From NCBI RefSeq assembly GCF_009914755.1, contig NC_060936.1: DNA of 64,000 nucleotides; one strand, 5' to 3'. Below, piece after piece: positions 30,291 to 46,059 of this stretch. Numbering within the stretch: position 1 is the stretch's first letter; the number at the start of each line of letters is the position of its first letter. Position numbers and translations under genes: made by a program. Under the pieces are notes generated by a model, which was not told the origin of the DNA, did no database searches, and saw only the letters and a program-made list of their open reading frames with translations. The stretch is from the human T2T-CHM13v2.0 reference genome, Homo sapiens.

Positions 30291-31359
30291 AAAAAAGAAT
30301 TAGTGAGCTTGAAGGCAGGCTATTTGAAAATACACCGTCAGAGGGGACAAAATAAAAAATAATAAAAACCAATGAAGCACACCTACAGCATCTAAAAAAC
30401 AGCCTCATGCAAATCTAAGAGTTATTGACCTTGAAAAGGAGGTAGAGAAAGAGATAGGGGTAGAAAGTTTAATCAAAGGGATAATAACAGAGAACTTCCA
30501 AAATCTTGAAAAATGTATAAGTATCCAAATAAAAGAAGGTTACAGAATACCAAGCAGATTTAACCCAAAGAAGGCTACCTCAAGTCATTTGATAATCAAA
30601 CTTCCAAAGGTCAAGTATAGAAAAAAAGATCCTAAAAGCAGCAAGGGAAAAAAAACAACATACAATGGAGCTCCAATACATCTGGCAGGAGTCTTTTCAG
30701 TGGAAACATTATAAGCCAGGAGGAAGTTACATGCCATATTTAAAGTGCTGAAGGAAAAAAAAGTTTTACACTAGAATAGTATATCCAATGAAAATAAACT
30801 TCAAACACAAAGGAGAAATAAAGAGATTCCCAGACAAACAAAAGCTGAGGGGTTTTATGAACACCAGACCTGTTCTACAAAAAATACTAAAGGAAGTACT
30901 TCAATCAGAAAGAAAAGGACATTAGTGAGCAATAAGGAATCACTTGAAGATACAAAATTCAGTGATAATTGTAAATTAACAGAAAAACACAGAATATTAT
31001 AACACTGTAATTGTCAATGTAAACTACTTTTATCCTAAGTCGAAAGACTAAACGATGAACCAATAAAAAATAATAACTACAGGTTTTAAGACATAGTGCA
31101 TACAATAAGATATAAATAGAAACAACAAAGTTTAAAAGTGAGGGGATAATGTTAAGGTGTAGAATTTTTATTATTTTCTTTTTACTTGTTTGTCTTTTTA
31201 TGCAAACTATGTTAAGTTCCTATCAGGTTAAAATAATGGGTTATAAGATAGTGTTTGCAAGCCTCATGGTAATCTCAAATCAAAAAACATAAAATGGATA
31301 CACAAAAAGTAAAAAGCAAGAAACTAAACCATGTCACCAGAGAAAATAACTTTCACTAA

Positions 31360-31533
31360 AGGAAGACAGGAAGGAAAGAAAAAGAGAGAGAGAAAGAAAG
31401 AAAGAGAGAGAGAGAGAAAAGAAAAGAACAGAAAAGAAAAAGAGGGAGGGAGGAAGGAAGGAAAAAGAAAGAAAGAAAGAGAGAAGGAAGAAGGGAAGGA
31501 AGGAAGGAAGGAAGGGAGGGAGGGAGGGAGGGA
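31360..31533. repeat. GA-rich polypurine repeat in the L1 inter-ORF region
   Basis: Directly visible (GAAA/GGAA/GA)n. Confidence 0.95.
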
Positions 31534-34500
31534 ACACCACAAAACAACCAGAAAACAACAAAATGGCCAGGAGTAGGTCCTTACTTATCAATAATAACAT
31601 TGAATGTAAATGTACTAAACTCTCCAATCAAAAGACAGAGAGTGACTGGATGAAAATCAAGACTCATTGATGTATTACCTACATGAAGAACACTTCACCT
31701 ATAAAGACACACAGAGACTGAAAAGAGAAGGATGAAAAAAGATATTCCATACAAATGGGAACCAAAAAGAGCAGGAGTAGCTATACTTATATCAGACCAA
31801 ATAGATTTCACAACAAAAACTAAAAGAAGAGGCAAAAAAAAAAAAAGTCATCATACAATGGTAAATGGGTCAATTCAGCAAGAAGATATAACAATTTTAA
31901 ATATATATGCACCCAGCACTGGAGCACCCAGACATATAAAGTAAATACTATTAGAGCTAAAGAGAGAGAGATAGGCCCCAACACAATAATAGCTGAAAAC
32001 TTCAACACTCCATTTTCGACATTGGACATATGTCCCAGACAGAAAATCAGTGAAGAAACAATGGACTTAATCTGCACTTATAGACCAAATGGATCTAATA
32101 GATATTTACCGAACATTTCATCCAATGACTGTAGAATACACATTCCTTTCCTCAGTACATGGATCATTCTCAAGGATAGACCATATGTTAGGTCACAAAA
32201 CAAGTTTTAAAACATTCAAAAAATTTGAAATAATATCAAGCATCTTCTCTGACTACAATAGAATAAAACTAGAAATTAATAACAAGAGAAATTTTGGAAA
32301 CTATAGAGATATATAGATATTAAACAGTATGTTCCTGAATGACCAGTGGGTCAATGAAGAAATTAAAAAGGAAATTGAACAATTTCTTGAAACAAATGAT
32401 AAGAGAAACACAACATACCAAAACCTATGAGATACAGTGAAAGCAGTACTAAGAGGGAAGTTTGTAGCTAAAAGTGCCTACATCAAAGAAGAAGAAAAAC
32501 TTTAAATAAAAAAATCTAACAATGTATCTTACAGAATTAAAAAAGCAAGAGCAAACCAAACCCAAAATTAGTAGAAGAAAAGAAATAATAAAGATCAGAG
32601 CAAAAATAAATGAAATTGAAATGAAGAAAACAATATAAAAGATCAATGAAAAAAAGTTCGGTTTTTTGGAAAGTTAAAATTGGCAAACCTTTAGCTAGAC
32701 TAAGAAAAAAAAAGAGAAGATTTAAAAAATTGGAAATGAAAAAGGAGACATTACAACTGATGCTGCAGAAATTCAAAGAATTATTAGTGGCTACTATGAG
32801 CAACTGTATGCCCATAAATTGGAAAATTGAGAAGAAATGGACAAATTGTTAGATACGTATCACCTACCAAGATTGGACCAGGAAGAAATCCAAAACCTGA
32901 GCAGACCAATAACTGAGATCAAAGCTGTCATAAAAAGTCCCTCAGCAAAGAAAAGCCTAAGACCCTATGGCTTCACTGCTGAATTCTACAAAACATTTAA
33001 AGAACGACTATTAATCCTACTCATACTATTCCAAAAAATAGAGAAGGAGGGGCTATTTCCAAACTCATTGTATGAGGCCATTATTACCCCGATACCAAAA
33101 CCAGACAAAGACACATCTAAAAAGAGGTAAACTACAGGCCAATATCTCTGATGAATAGTGATGCAAAAATCCTCAACAAAATACTAGCAAACCGAATTCA
33201 ACAATACATGAAAAATATCATTCATTATGACCAAGTGGGATTTATCTTTGGGATGCAAATGTGGATCAACATATGCAAATCAATCAATGTGATACATTAT
33301 ATAAACAGAATAAAGGATAAAACCCATATGATAAAAATCATTTCAATTGGTGCTGATAAAAGCATTTGATAAAATTCAACATCCCTTCATGATAAAACCT
33401 GTTAAAAAACTGGGGCTAGAAGGAATATACTTCAACATAATAAAAGCCTACAACAGACCCACAGCTAGTATCACAATGGATGGAGAAACACTGGAAATCT
33501 TTCCCCTAAGATTTGGAGCATGACAAAGATGTCCAATGCCACCACTGTTATTTCAACACAGTATGGGAAGTCCTAGCTAGAGCAATGAGACAAGAGAAAT
33601 AAATAAACAGCATCCAAATTGGAAAGGAAGAAGTTAAATTGTCCTTGTTTGCAGGTGATATAATCTTATATTTGTAAAAACCTAAAGACACCACCAAAAA
33701 ACTATTAGAACTGATAAACAAATTCAGTAAAGTTGCAGGATACAAGATCAACATACAAAAATCAGTAGCATTTCTATATGCCAACCGTGAACAATCTGAA
33801 AAAAATTTAAACTGTAAACTCATTTACAGTCACTACAAATATAATTACATATCTAGGAATTAACCAAAGAAGTGAAAAATCTCTCTATAATGAAAACTAT
33901 AAAACACTGATGAAGGAAATTGAAGAGGACACCAAAATGAAAAAATATTCTGTGTTCATGGATTGGACTAATCAATATTCAATATTGTTAAGATGTCTGT
34001 ACTACCCAAAGCAATCTACAAATTTAATGCAATTGCCATCAAAATACCAATGACATTCTTCACAGACACAGAAAAACAATCCTAAACTTCATATGGAACT
34101 ACAAAAGACCCTGAATAGCTAAGGCTATTCTAAGCAAAAAGAACAAAACTGGAGGAATCACATTACCTGACTTCGAATTATACTACAGAGCTATAGTAAT
34201 CAAAACAGTATGGTACGGGCATAAAACAGACACATAGACCAATGAAACAGAATAGAGAACCCAGAAACAAATCAACACACTTACAGAAAACCCATTTTCC
34301 ACAAAGTTGCCAAGAATATACACTGGGGAAAGACAGCCTTTTCAATAAATGATACCAGAAAAACAGGACATCCATGTGCAGAAAAATGCATCTAGATATC
34401 TGTCTCTTACCATATACAAAAATAAAATCAAAATTAATTAAAGGCTTAAATAAAAGACCTTGAACTATGCAACTACTACAAGAAAACACTGGGGAAAATC

Positions 34501-35108
34501 TCCAACACATTGGATGGGCAAAAATTTCTTGAACAACACCCCACAAGCACAGGCAACCAAAGCAAACATGGACTAGCGGGATCACATCAAGTTTAAAAGC
34601 TTCTGTGCAGCAAAGAAAACAATCAACAAAGTGGAGAGACAAACCACAGAATGAGAGAAAATATTTGCAAACTACTCATCTAACAAGGGGTTAATAACCA
34701 GACTATATAAGGAGCTCAAAGAACTCTATAGGAAAAAAGTGTAATATTCTGATTAAAAAAAATAAGCAAAACATTTGAATACACATTTCTCAAAAGAAGA
34801 CATGCAAATGGCAAACAGGCATATGAAAAGATGCTCAACATCATTGATCATCAGAGAAATGCAAGTCAAAAGTACAATGAGATATCATCTCACCCCATTT
34901 AAAATGGCTTATATCCAAAAGAGAGGCAATAACAAATGCTGCTGAGGATGTGGAGAAAAGTGAAGCCTTGTACACTGTTGGTGGGAATGTAAATTAGGAC
35001 AGCCACTATGGAGAACAGTTCAGAGGTTCCTTGAGAAACTAAAAATAGAGCTACCATGTGATCCAGCAATCCCACTGCTGATTATATACCCAAAAGAAAG
35101 GAAATCAG

Positions 35109-35429
35109 GGCCAGGCGTGGGGGCTCACACATGTAATTCAAGCACTGTGGGAGGCTGAGGTGGGCAGATGATGAGATCAGGAGTTCGAGACCAGCCTGGC
35201 CAACATGGTGAAACCCCGTCTCTACTAAAGATAGAAAAAATTAGCCAGGCATGGTGGCGCAAGCCTGTAATCCCAGCTACTCAGGAGGCTGAGACAAGAG
35301 AATCACTTGAACTCAGGAGGCAGACGTTGCAGTGAGCTGAGATCACACCATTGCACTCCAGCCTGGGCGACAAGGTGAAACTCTGTCTCAAAAAAAAAAA
35401 AAAAAAAAAAAAAGAGGAAAAAAAAAGAA
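35109..35429 (+). mobile_element. AluSg-like SINE in L1 ORF2
   Basis: Full dimer; TSD aaagaaaggaaatcag. Confidence 0.92.
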
Positions 35430-36555
35430 AAAAGAAAGGAAATCAGGATATCAAAGAGATATGCACATTCCTGTTTGTTGCAGCACTGTTCACAATAGCT
35501 AAGATTTGGAAGCAACCTAAGTGTCCATCAACAGATGAATAGATGAAGAAAATGTGCTTCATACAAAATTGAAGAAATGATGAAGAAAATGTGGTTCTAC
35601 AAAATTGAAGATGTGGTTCTACAAAATTGAGGAAAGCCTATGTGACACATGGGATGCCAAAAAGCAATCAAAAGAGATTTAGACATCCAGATATCTGATT
35701 CCCCTAATGGAAGCAACCCAAAAAGGTCTTCAAGGCACATTATAGTAAAACTGTCAGAAGTCAAAGACAGATAATTCTAAAGACAGTAAGACAGTAGTCA
35801 CATATAAAGGAACTCCATCAGACTAAAAGTGGATTTGTCAGCAGAAACCTTGTAGGTCAGGAGAGAATGGATGATATATTCAATGTGCCAAAAAACAAAA
35901 AATTAAAATTAAAAAAACTATTAGCCAAGAATATGATCCCCGGCAAAACTATCCTGCAAAAATAAAGGAGAAAAAAAATATTTCCCAGACAAGCAAAACA
36001 GAGGGAACTCATCACCACTAGATCAGCTCTACAAGAAATGCTTAAGGGAATCCTATATCTGGAAGTGAAAGGATGATATCTACCATCATGAAAACACACA
36101 AAAAATATAAAGTCACTGGTAGAACAAACACCCATATGAAAAAGAGAAAGGACTCAACCATTACCGCTATAGAAAACCACCAACCTGCAATGATAAACAG
36201 TAAGAGAGAAACAAAGGAACAAAGCACATACAAAACAACTAGAAAATAATGAACAAAATCACAGGAACAAGTTCTCCCATATCAATAATGTTGAATGTAA
36301 ATAAAAATTCCACTTAAAAGATATAAACTGGCTTAAAAATTTTTTTTAAATGACTGAACTACATGCTGCCTACAAGAAACTTAATTTACCTATAAAACAC
36401 ATATAGATTTAGAGATGGAAAAAGTTAATCCACATTAATGAAACTCAAAAGTGAGCAGTAGTAGTTATAATTATATCAGATAAAACAGACTTTAAGTTAA
36501 AAACCGTGAAAAGAGGCAAATAAGGTCATTATATAATGATAAAGAAATTAATTCA

Positions 36556-36855
<300 letters not shown>

Positions 36856-38344
36856 AAAGAAATTAATTCAACAGAAGGATATAATAATTCTAAATATATA
36901 TGCACCCAACACCAGAGCACCCAGATTCATATAGTTAATGTTATCAGATCTAAAGGGAAAGACTTCAATACAATAATAGTTGGGGACTTTAAGACCCCAC
37001 TTTCAGCATTAGACAGATGATCTAGACAAAGAATCAACATAGAAACATTGTGTTTAAATGGCACTTTAGGCCAAATGAACCTAACAGATATTTACAGAAC
37101 ATTTTATCCGTAAGCTCCTGAATACAGATTCTTCTCATCAGCACGTGGAACATTCTCTAGGATAGAACATATGTTATGCCACAAAACTAGTCTGAACACA
37201 TTTTAAACAATTAAAATAATATCAAATATCTTTTCAGACCACAATGGAATAAAATGAGAAATCAATAACAGAAGAACTTTGAAAACTTTAAAATATGTAA
37301 ATTAAACAACATAGTCCTGAATGACCACTGGGTCAGTGAAGAAATTAAGAAGGAAATTTTAAAAACATTCTTGAACAAATGAAAATGAAGACACAACATG
37401 CCAAAACCTATGGGATACATCAAAAGCAGTGCCAACAGGGAAGTTTATAGTAATACATGCCTATATTAAAAAAAAAGAGAAAGATTTCAAATAAACAACC
37501 TAACAATGCACCTCAAGGAACTAGAAAAGCAAGAAAAAACCAAACACAAAATTAGTACAAGGAAAGAAATAATAAAGATCAGAGTAAAACTAAACAAAAT
37601 TGAGACTAAAAAACATACAAAGTATCAATGAAATGAAAAGTTGTTTTGTGAAAAGACAAAAAGAAAATCAATAGACTGCTAGCTACAACCACCATGAAAA
37701 AAGGCGGGAAGACCCAAATACACAAAATCAGAAACAAAAAAGGATACATTACAACAGATACCACAGAAATACAAAAGGTCATCAAAGACTACCATGAACA
37801 GCTAGATGCTAACAAACTGGAAAACCCAGAGGAAATGGATAAATTCTATTTATGGACATATAGAACCTATCAAGATTGAATCAGAAAGAAAGAGAAAACC
37901 TGAACAAATCAATAAGAAGTAACAAGATTAAATCAGTAATAGAGTCTCCCAACAAAGTGAAGCCCAGGACAAAATGCCTTTATTGCTGAATTCTATCAAA
38001 CTTATGAAGAATATCTAAGACTAATTCTCAAAACTATTCCACAAAATTGAAGAGGAAGGAATTCCTCCTAATTTATTCCATAAATTGGTAAATGCACACA
38101 GAAATGATCAATGTTCAAGTGATAGATATTTTTAAAACTGACTTAATTCTTACACATTGTTTGCATGTAACAAAATATCACATATACTACATAAATATGT
38201 ATGAATATATGTATTAACAAAAATTACACAACAAAGACAAATTTGAAATCCTTATTCTGTATGCATCAATGTATGTATGTGTGTGTGTGTGTTATTTTTC
38301 TTTTTCAAAAATCTGGAACCAGTGTTTTGGTTTTTTAATTCTCA

Positions 38345-38696
<352 letters not shown>

Positions 38697-38911
38697 TTAT
38701 TATCTTTTGCTCTTAATACAATTTGTTATGTGGGGAGGAGATTTTGAGAACAGGCTTAAGCCTTCCAAGGCCCAGTAGAACACACAGTTAAATATCAGTA
38801 ACTAACATTTGTACTTTAATCATGACCATAACAATTTAAGACACATTTTTATTAGCTACCTCTACTATAAATCTCACCGGAAAAGAATCTGAGTTTTGGT
38901 ACCACTTATGA

Positions 38912-39309
<398 letters not shown>

Positions 39310-39463
39310 GAGACTTTTTAGATATATATCAGATTAGCATAATAATTAATTTCAAAGGAGAAAATTGGGGGAAAGTATGCATAAAAAACTCTGACCTAGA
39401 ATACATCTCGTCAACTCAAAAAATATCTATTTTCAAGGTTTTGTGACAAGTTTTCTGGAGTAG

Positions 39464-40560
39464 AGAAGAAAACCTAGGCAATACCATTCAGGACATAGGC
39501 ATGGGCAAGGACTTCATGACTGAAACACCAAAAGCAATGGCAACAAAAGCCAACATTGACAAATGGGATCTAATTAAACTAAACAGCTCCTGCACAGCAA
39601 AAGAAACTTATAATCAGAGTGAACAGGCAACCTACAGAATGGCAGAAAATTTTTATAATCTATCCATCTGACAAATGGCTAATATCCAGAATCTACAAAG
39701 AACTTAAACAAATTTACAGGAAAAAAACAACCCTATCAAAAAGTGGGCGAAGGATATGAACAGACACTTCTCAAAAGAAGACATTTATGTGGCCAACAAA
39801 CATATGAAAAAAAGCTCATCATCACTGGTCATTAGAGAAATGCAAATGAAAACCACAGTGAGATACAATCTCATGCCAGTTAGAATGGCAATCATTAAAA
39901 AGTCAGGCAACAACAGATGCTGGAGAGGACGTGGAGAAATAGGAGCAGCTTTTACACTGTTGGTGGGGGTGTAAATTACTTCAACCATTGTGGAAGACAG
40001 TGTGGTGATTCCTCAAGGATCTAGAACCAGAAATACCATTTGACTCAGCAATCCCATTACTGGGTATATACCCAAAGGATTATAAATCATTCTACTATAA
40101 AGACACATGCACATGTATGTTTATTGCCACACTGTTCACAATAGCAAAGACTTGGAACCAACCCAAATACCCATCAATGATAGACTGGATAAAGAAAATG
40201 TGGCACATATATACCATGGAATACTATGCAGCCATAAAAAAGGATGAGTTCATGTGATTTGCAGGGACATGGATGAAGCTGGAAACCATCATTCTCAGCA
40301 AATTAACATAGAAATAGAAAACCAAACACCACATGTTCTCACTCATAAGTGGGAGCTGAACAATGAGAAAACATAGACACAGGGAGCACTGGGGCCTGTC
40401 AAGGGGTGGGGACCTATGGGAGGTATAGCATTAGGAGAAATACCTAATGTAGATGATGGGTTGATGGGTGCAGCAAACCATGTGGTACATGTATACCTAT
40501 GTAACAAACCTGCATGTTTTGCACATGTATCCCAGAACTTAAAGAAAGTATAATATAAAG
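39464..40560 (+). mobile_element. 5'-truncated L1PA7-like LINE-1 (ORF2 C-terminus and 3'UTR)
   Basis: [19 protein letters not shown] peptide; 3'UTR tacctaatgtagatgatgggttgatgggtgcagcaaacc; no clear TSD. Confidence 0.9.
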
Positions 40561-40699
40561 AAAATTATTTTAACAAACTTACTTGAAATGTTTGCAAAAC
40601 TGCTTGGAAAAGCTAAGCTAAAATTTCTTAAGAAAGAAGCTGGAAAAAAAAGAGCAGTAGCAAGACTGAAGAAATAAAAACTTCTGCTCAGAGTCAAGT

Positions 40700-40940
40700 A
40701 TGAAGTGGCATTAAAGAACAAAAGCTCTGAAGTTGAACAAACTAGAGTTTTAATTCTAGGTCCATCCTTTGGTTTCTGTATTATTTAATCTTTGTTCTTC
40801 AGTTTTCTTGTTGTTAAATGGATAAAATATGTATTAATACTGGTCAGGATTTCACATATTTAAATGAAAAGTACTTTACATAGCATATTGCATATAATAA
40901 ACTGGCAGTAAATGGTGATGATCTTGGTGATGATGATGAT
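40700..40940 (+). mobile_element. MIR
   Basis: Degenerate MIR layout with (TGA)n-like tail. Confidence 0.5.
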
Positions 40941-40971
40941 ACTATTTCGGAGAAAGCAAGGCAAGAATAGG

Positions 40972-41100
40972 GCAGTGTTTTCTCCAACTGACTCATCAAT
41001 TCTCAGTCTTCACCCTCTACCTATTACGATAGAACTCCAGGGAGTGGAACCTAGAAATGTACATTTTTTTTTAAAAGGTCCTGGTGACTGTGTTAATAGG
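40972..41100. mobile_element. MER5-type DNA transposon fragment
   Basis: agaactccagggagtggaacctagaaatgtacattttt...ggtgact. Confidence 0.55.
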
Positions 41101-42090
41101 CTAATTTTGAGGCCATTAGAATTTTGTATAGGTTGCTGGCGTTCTACTGACTTTTGTGATGTGAAAGACACCACAACTGCAAAATGTCTCAAAGTAACCA
41201 AGTAAAGAACTTGTGGGTGAATCATTACCTGAGCTCCTTCTTTACACCTGTGTGCATCTCTAGACCTGGTGTAGAGGTTACCCTCCAGCTATACACAAAG
41301 CTAGTATGCTAATTTAAATAATCTCTTTAGTGAAAAAATAGACAGGTGTTAACATTCTCTGTAAGACTTATAAACACATTGAAAAAGCGAATAACTAAGC
41401 CTATGTTGATTCATAAACAATATGTCTAACCTCTGAAAATATCACCAGGCTATGAGCGGACTGAGACTCAGTGCAACCTGAGGCACAACTTGCAAACTCC
41501 ACTTACCTTCGTGTTCCCATTAGTGGTTCTCTAATCCTATTCTGGAGAGCTATATGCCACCAAGAGGCCACAATCCTAATCCTGACTCTGCAGTTTTCTG
41601 GCAGACAAGGTGGATTCATGGACACTTCCCTGCATCCTTAATTGGATAAGACTCAGCTCTGGGGTGTCAATGAATGTGAATTGGATTGTAAAGTAGAGAA
41701 AACAAATGAAATTGCTTCACTTGTAAGAAATGGCAGTGAAGATTCCTGAAGCTCTTCCCAAGTCCATGTAATGTATTTATTTTAGGTACTTTTGTAATAC
41801 TTGTATTCTCTGGACTCAATGTTGGTCACACGTTCTGAGATGTATTCTATAAAGGAGCATCACCTCCTTTGAAAGACTCCAGATTACCATTCAGAGCAAG
41901 ACATTGCATTATATGATGCACAATTTTAAAAAGTCAATTGATCTCTGGGAGACTGACAGAGGGAAATAGACTATAACCCCTTAGCAGGACTTTTTGGGGC
42001 ACAGCAATGACAAGACAATAACAATAATAACAATAATAATAATAATGTAACCTTATGCAAAACTTTATAATTTATAAAAAGCATTGCAGA

Positions 42091-42385
<295 letters not shown>

Positions 42386-43029
42386 TTGCAAATGTGGATT
42401 TACAGTTCGAGTTTTGAGAAACCTTATTTTATTTAGTTTGATATCTATAATCAAAAATAAAACAAAAAGGACAACATTAAGAAATTACTTACCTAAATAT
42501 ACAGATATCAACTATTGAAGTTAGATTTTGATTTCCAATTCTCAATTCACTTCATGATTTTAAGTCTAATATTTTCACTGTAAAGGTCATTTGATCACAA
42601 TTTATATGTAGTAGGGAAATATTAGCTGACTGAAACCTTTTGAAGTTGTTCCAAAATCAAATGTGATAGTTCCGTTACAGAAGGTTTTACTGAATTGGGT
42701 GGAGGTGCTAATTAATTGAGGCCTGAAGTAGGAGGGAACAGCTTATTACAGATCTTAATGTGTCCACACAGAGGTATTATTTATTGGTTTCAACAATCCT
42801 TTCTCAAGGTGTAGTTAGAAAAAATAAGCTACTATATTTAACACAAAGATGATGTTGCAAAGTCTCTTTCATGAGGAAGAAGAGCAAGTGGAAAGCTTTA
42901 TATGAAATCTTCAACCATAATTAGAGAGGTAATAATAAAATTCTCACTGAATACATAGGAGGAGATACCAGTTCAATAATAATTACATAGTGTGTCTTAG
43001 TAACACTCTACAATCACTAATTAAATAAT

Positions 43030-43185
43030 CCAAATATCTTTCCTATGAAGTAGGGTGAGTATTGTCAATCTTGTTTTGTCAATGAGAAAATAAAATGCAG
43101 AGTGGTTCCATGACCTGCCCAAAGTCATACAAGTGAGTTATGGCAAATTGAGATTAGAATCCACAGCTCTGATTCTTTTATTCCT
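43030..43185 (-). mobile_element. MIR fragment
   Basis: aatgagaaaataaaatgcagagtggttccatgacctgcccaaagtcatac. Confidence 0.7.
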
Positions 43186-43776
43186 AGAAATCATTAATCT
43201 TCTCTATCCCAGTTTTTGGGCTAAAATATTGTTTTTTATGTTTCACAATTATTATTATTTCTGATTAAGTGTTTTTTTAAAAAAAATGCCACCCCATTGT
43301 ATGTAGAGCTGATTTCTTCTGTCTAATTTAAGAACTTGCTAGACATTCACTAGACTGTCATGATTCTATGGCTATGCATCTATTTTCTGATAGGTATGGA
43401 GGGGAATAAAGGAGATGACAGGAGAGGTGTAGAGAAAATAATGAGATTTACATTATAAGATATGCATACATATACAAATACATGGGTATGTTTGCACACA
43501 TCTTAGATTGTAAAAACACACATACCTACATGTGTATATTCTATGTGACCCATAAAGTCTCTCAGAATGTACTAATGACTGTTTTGAACTGAAATTACTG
43601 GGGAATGAAATAAAGCCACCCAAAAATATTTGTGGAAGTAAATTAGACAAGAGCTACCAGCTATCTTAGCCTGAACCAGATATAATAGAAAAACTATTTT
43701 GGTTCTGGTTCCATTGTTGACATACTCCTTTAACCCCATTATCTTTAGGATGATATCTAACTAGAGAAGTAAATAT

Positions 43777-46059
43777 TGTACTAGTGGATTCTCATGGTGC
43801 TGATAAAGACATACCTGAGACTGGGTAATTTATAAAGAAAAAGAAGTTTAATGGACTCACAATTCCACATGGCTGGGAAGGCCTCACAACCATGGCAGAA
43901 GGTGAAAGGCACATCTTACATGGAGGCAGACAAGAGTGAATGAATGCCAAGTGAAAGAGGCTTCCCCTTATAAAACTGTCAGATCTCTTGAGACTTATTC
44001 ACTACCACAAGAACAGTATGGAGAAAACTACCCCCATGATTCAATTATGTCTCACTGGGTACCTCCTACAACACGTGGGAATTATGGGAAATAAAATTCA
44101 AAATGAGATTTGGGTGGGAACAAAGCCAAACCATATCATTCTGCCCCTGGCCCTCCCAAATCTCATGTCCTCACATTTCAAAACCAATCATGCCTTCCCA
44201 ACAGTCTCCCAAATTCTTAACTCATTTCAGCATTAACTCAAAAGTCCACAGTCCAAAGTCTCATCTGAGACAAGGCAAGTCCCTTCCGCCTGTGAGCCTG
44301 TAAAATCAAAAGTAATTTAGCTACTTCTTAGACGCAATGGGGGACAGGAATGGATTCTCCATTCCAAATGGGAGAAATTGGCCAAAATGAAGGGGCTAAA
44401 GGCCCCACGCAAGTCCAAAATCCATCAGGGAAGTCAAATCATAAAGCTCCAAAATGATCTCCTTTGATTCCATGTCTCATATCCAAGTCATGCTGATGCA
44501 AGAGGTGGGCTCCCATGGTCTTGGGCAGTTCCACCCCTGTGGCTTTGGAGGGTACAGCCTCCCTCCTGGCTGTTTTCATGGGCTGATGTTGAGTGTCTGT
44601 GGCTTTTCCATGTGCACAGTGCAAGCTGTTGGTGAATCTACCATTCTGGGATCTGGAGGATGGTTGTCCTCTTCTCAGAGCTTTACTAGGCAGTGCCCCA
44701 GTGGGGAATCTCTGTGGGGGCTCCCACCCCACATTTCCCTTTCACACTGCCCTAGCAGAGGTTCTCCATGAGGGCCCCACCCCTGCAGCAAACTTCTGCC
44801 TGGGCATCCAGGCATTTCCATATGTCCTCTGAAATCTAGGCAGACCTTTCCAAACCTCAATTCTGGACTTCTGTGCATCCACAGGGTCAACATCATGTGG
44901 AAGCTGCCAAGCCTTGGGGCTTGCACCCTCTGAAGCCACAGCCTGAGCTATACCCTGACCCATTTTAGCCATGGCTAGATTGCTGGGATGCAGGGCACCA
45001 AGTGGCTAGGCTGCACATAGCAGGAGTCCCTGGGCCTGGCCCATGAAACCATGTTTCCCTCCTATGCCTCTGGGCCATGATGGGAAGGGCTGCTGTGAAG
45101 ACCTCTGACATGCCCTGGAGACATTTTCCCCATTGTCTTGGTGATTAACATTTGGTCTCTCGTTACTTATGCAAACTTCTGCAGCCGGCTTGAATTTCTC
45201 CTCAGAAAATGAATTTTTCTTTTCTATCTCATTGTCAGGCTGCCAATTTTCTGAACTTTTATGCTGTTTCCCTTTTAAAACTGAATGCTTTAAACAGCAC
45301 CTAAGTGACCTCTTGAATGCTCTGCTGCTTAGAAATTTCTTCTGCCAGATACTTTAAATCATCTCCCTCAAGTTCAAAGTTCCACAAAGTTCTAGGGCAG
45401 GGTCAAAATGCCACCAGTCTCTTTGCTAAAACACAGCAAGAGTCACCTTTACTTCAGTTCCCAACAAGTTTCTCATCTTCATCTGAGACCACCTTAGCCT
45501 GGATTTCATTGTCTACAGTGTTATCAGCATTTTAGTCAAAGCAAGTCAAAAAGTCTCTAGGAAGTTACAAACTTCCCCACATTTTCCTATCTTCTTCTGA
45601 GCCCTCCAAACTGTTCCAGCCTCTGTCTGTTACCCAGTTCCAAAGTCATTTCTATGTTTTTGAGTATTTTTACAGCAGTGCCCCACTACCCAGTACCAAT
45701 TCACTGTATTAGTTTGTTCTCATGCTGCTGATAAAGACATGCCCGAGACTGAGTAATTTACAAAGAAAAAAAGGTTTAATGGACTCACAGTTTCAGGTGG
45801 CTGGGAAGGCCTCACAATCATGGTGGAAGGTGAAAGACATGTCTTACATGGAGTCAGACAAGAGAGAATGAGAACCAAGTGAAAGAGGTTTCCCCTTATA
45901 AAACCATCAGATCTCGTGAGGCTTATTCACTACCATGAGAACAGGATGGGGGAAACCACCCTCCATGATTCAATTATCTCCCACTGGGTCCCTCTCACAA
46001 CACATGGGAATTATGGGAGCTACAATTCAAGATGAGATTTGGGTGGGGACATAGCCAAA
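43777..46059 (-). mobile_element. Near full-length THE1B (LTR 43777-44138, internal 44139-45704, LTR 45705-46059)
   Basis: Two direct-repeat THE1B LTRs around a ~1.57-kb THE1 internal region; the 5' LTR lacks its first 8 nt. Confidence 0.93.

Larger units (their letters stand above)
28976..35560 (+). mobile_element. Inner L1MA (L1M1-type) element: partial 5'UTR, ORF1, ORF2, 3'-truncated
   Basis: L1M1 5' motifs (ggaaagccttcccaagaaggatggg); ORF2 begins near 31563; degenerate ORF2 peptides ([24 protein letters not shown]). Confidence 0.85.
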
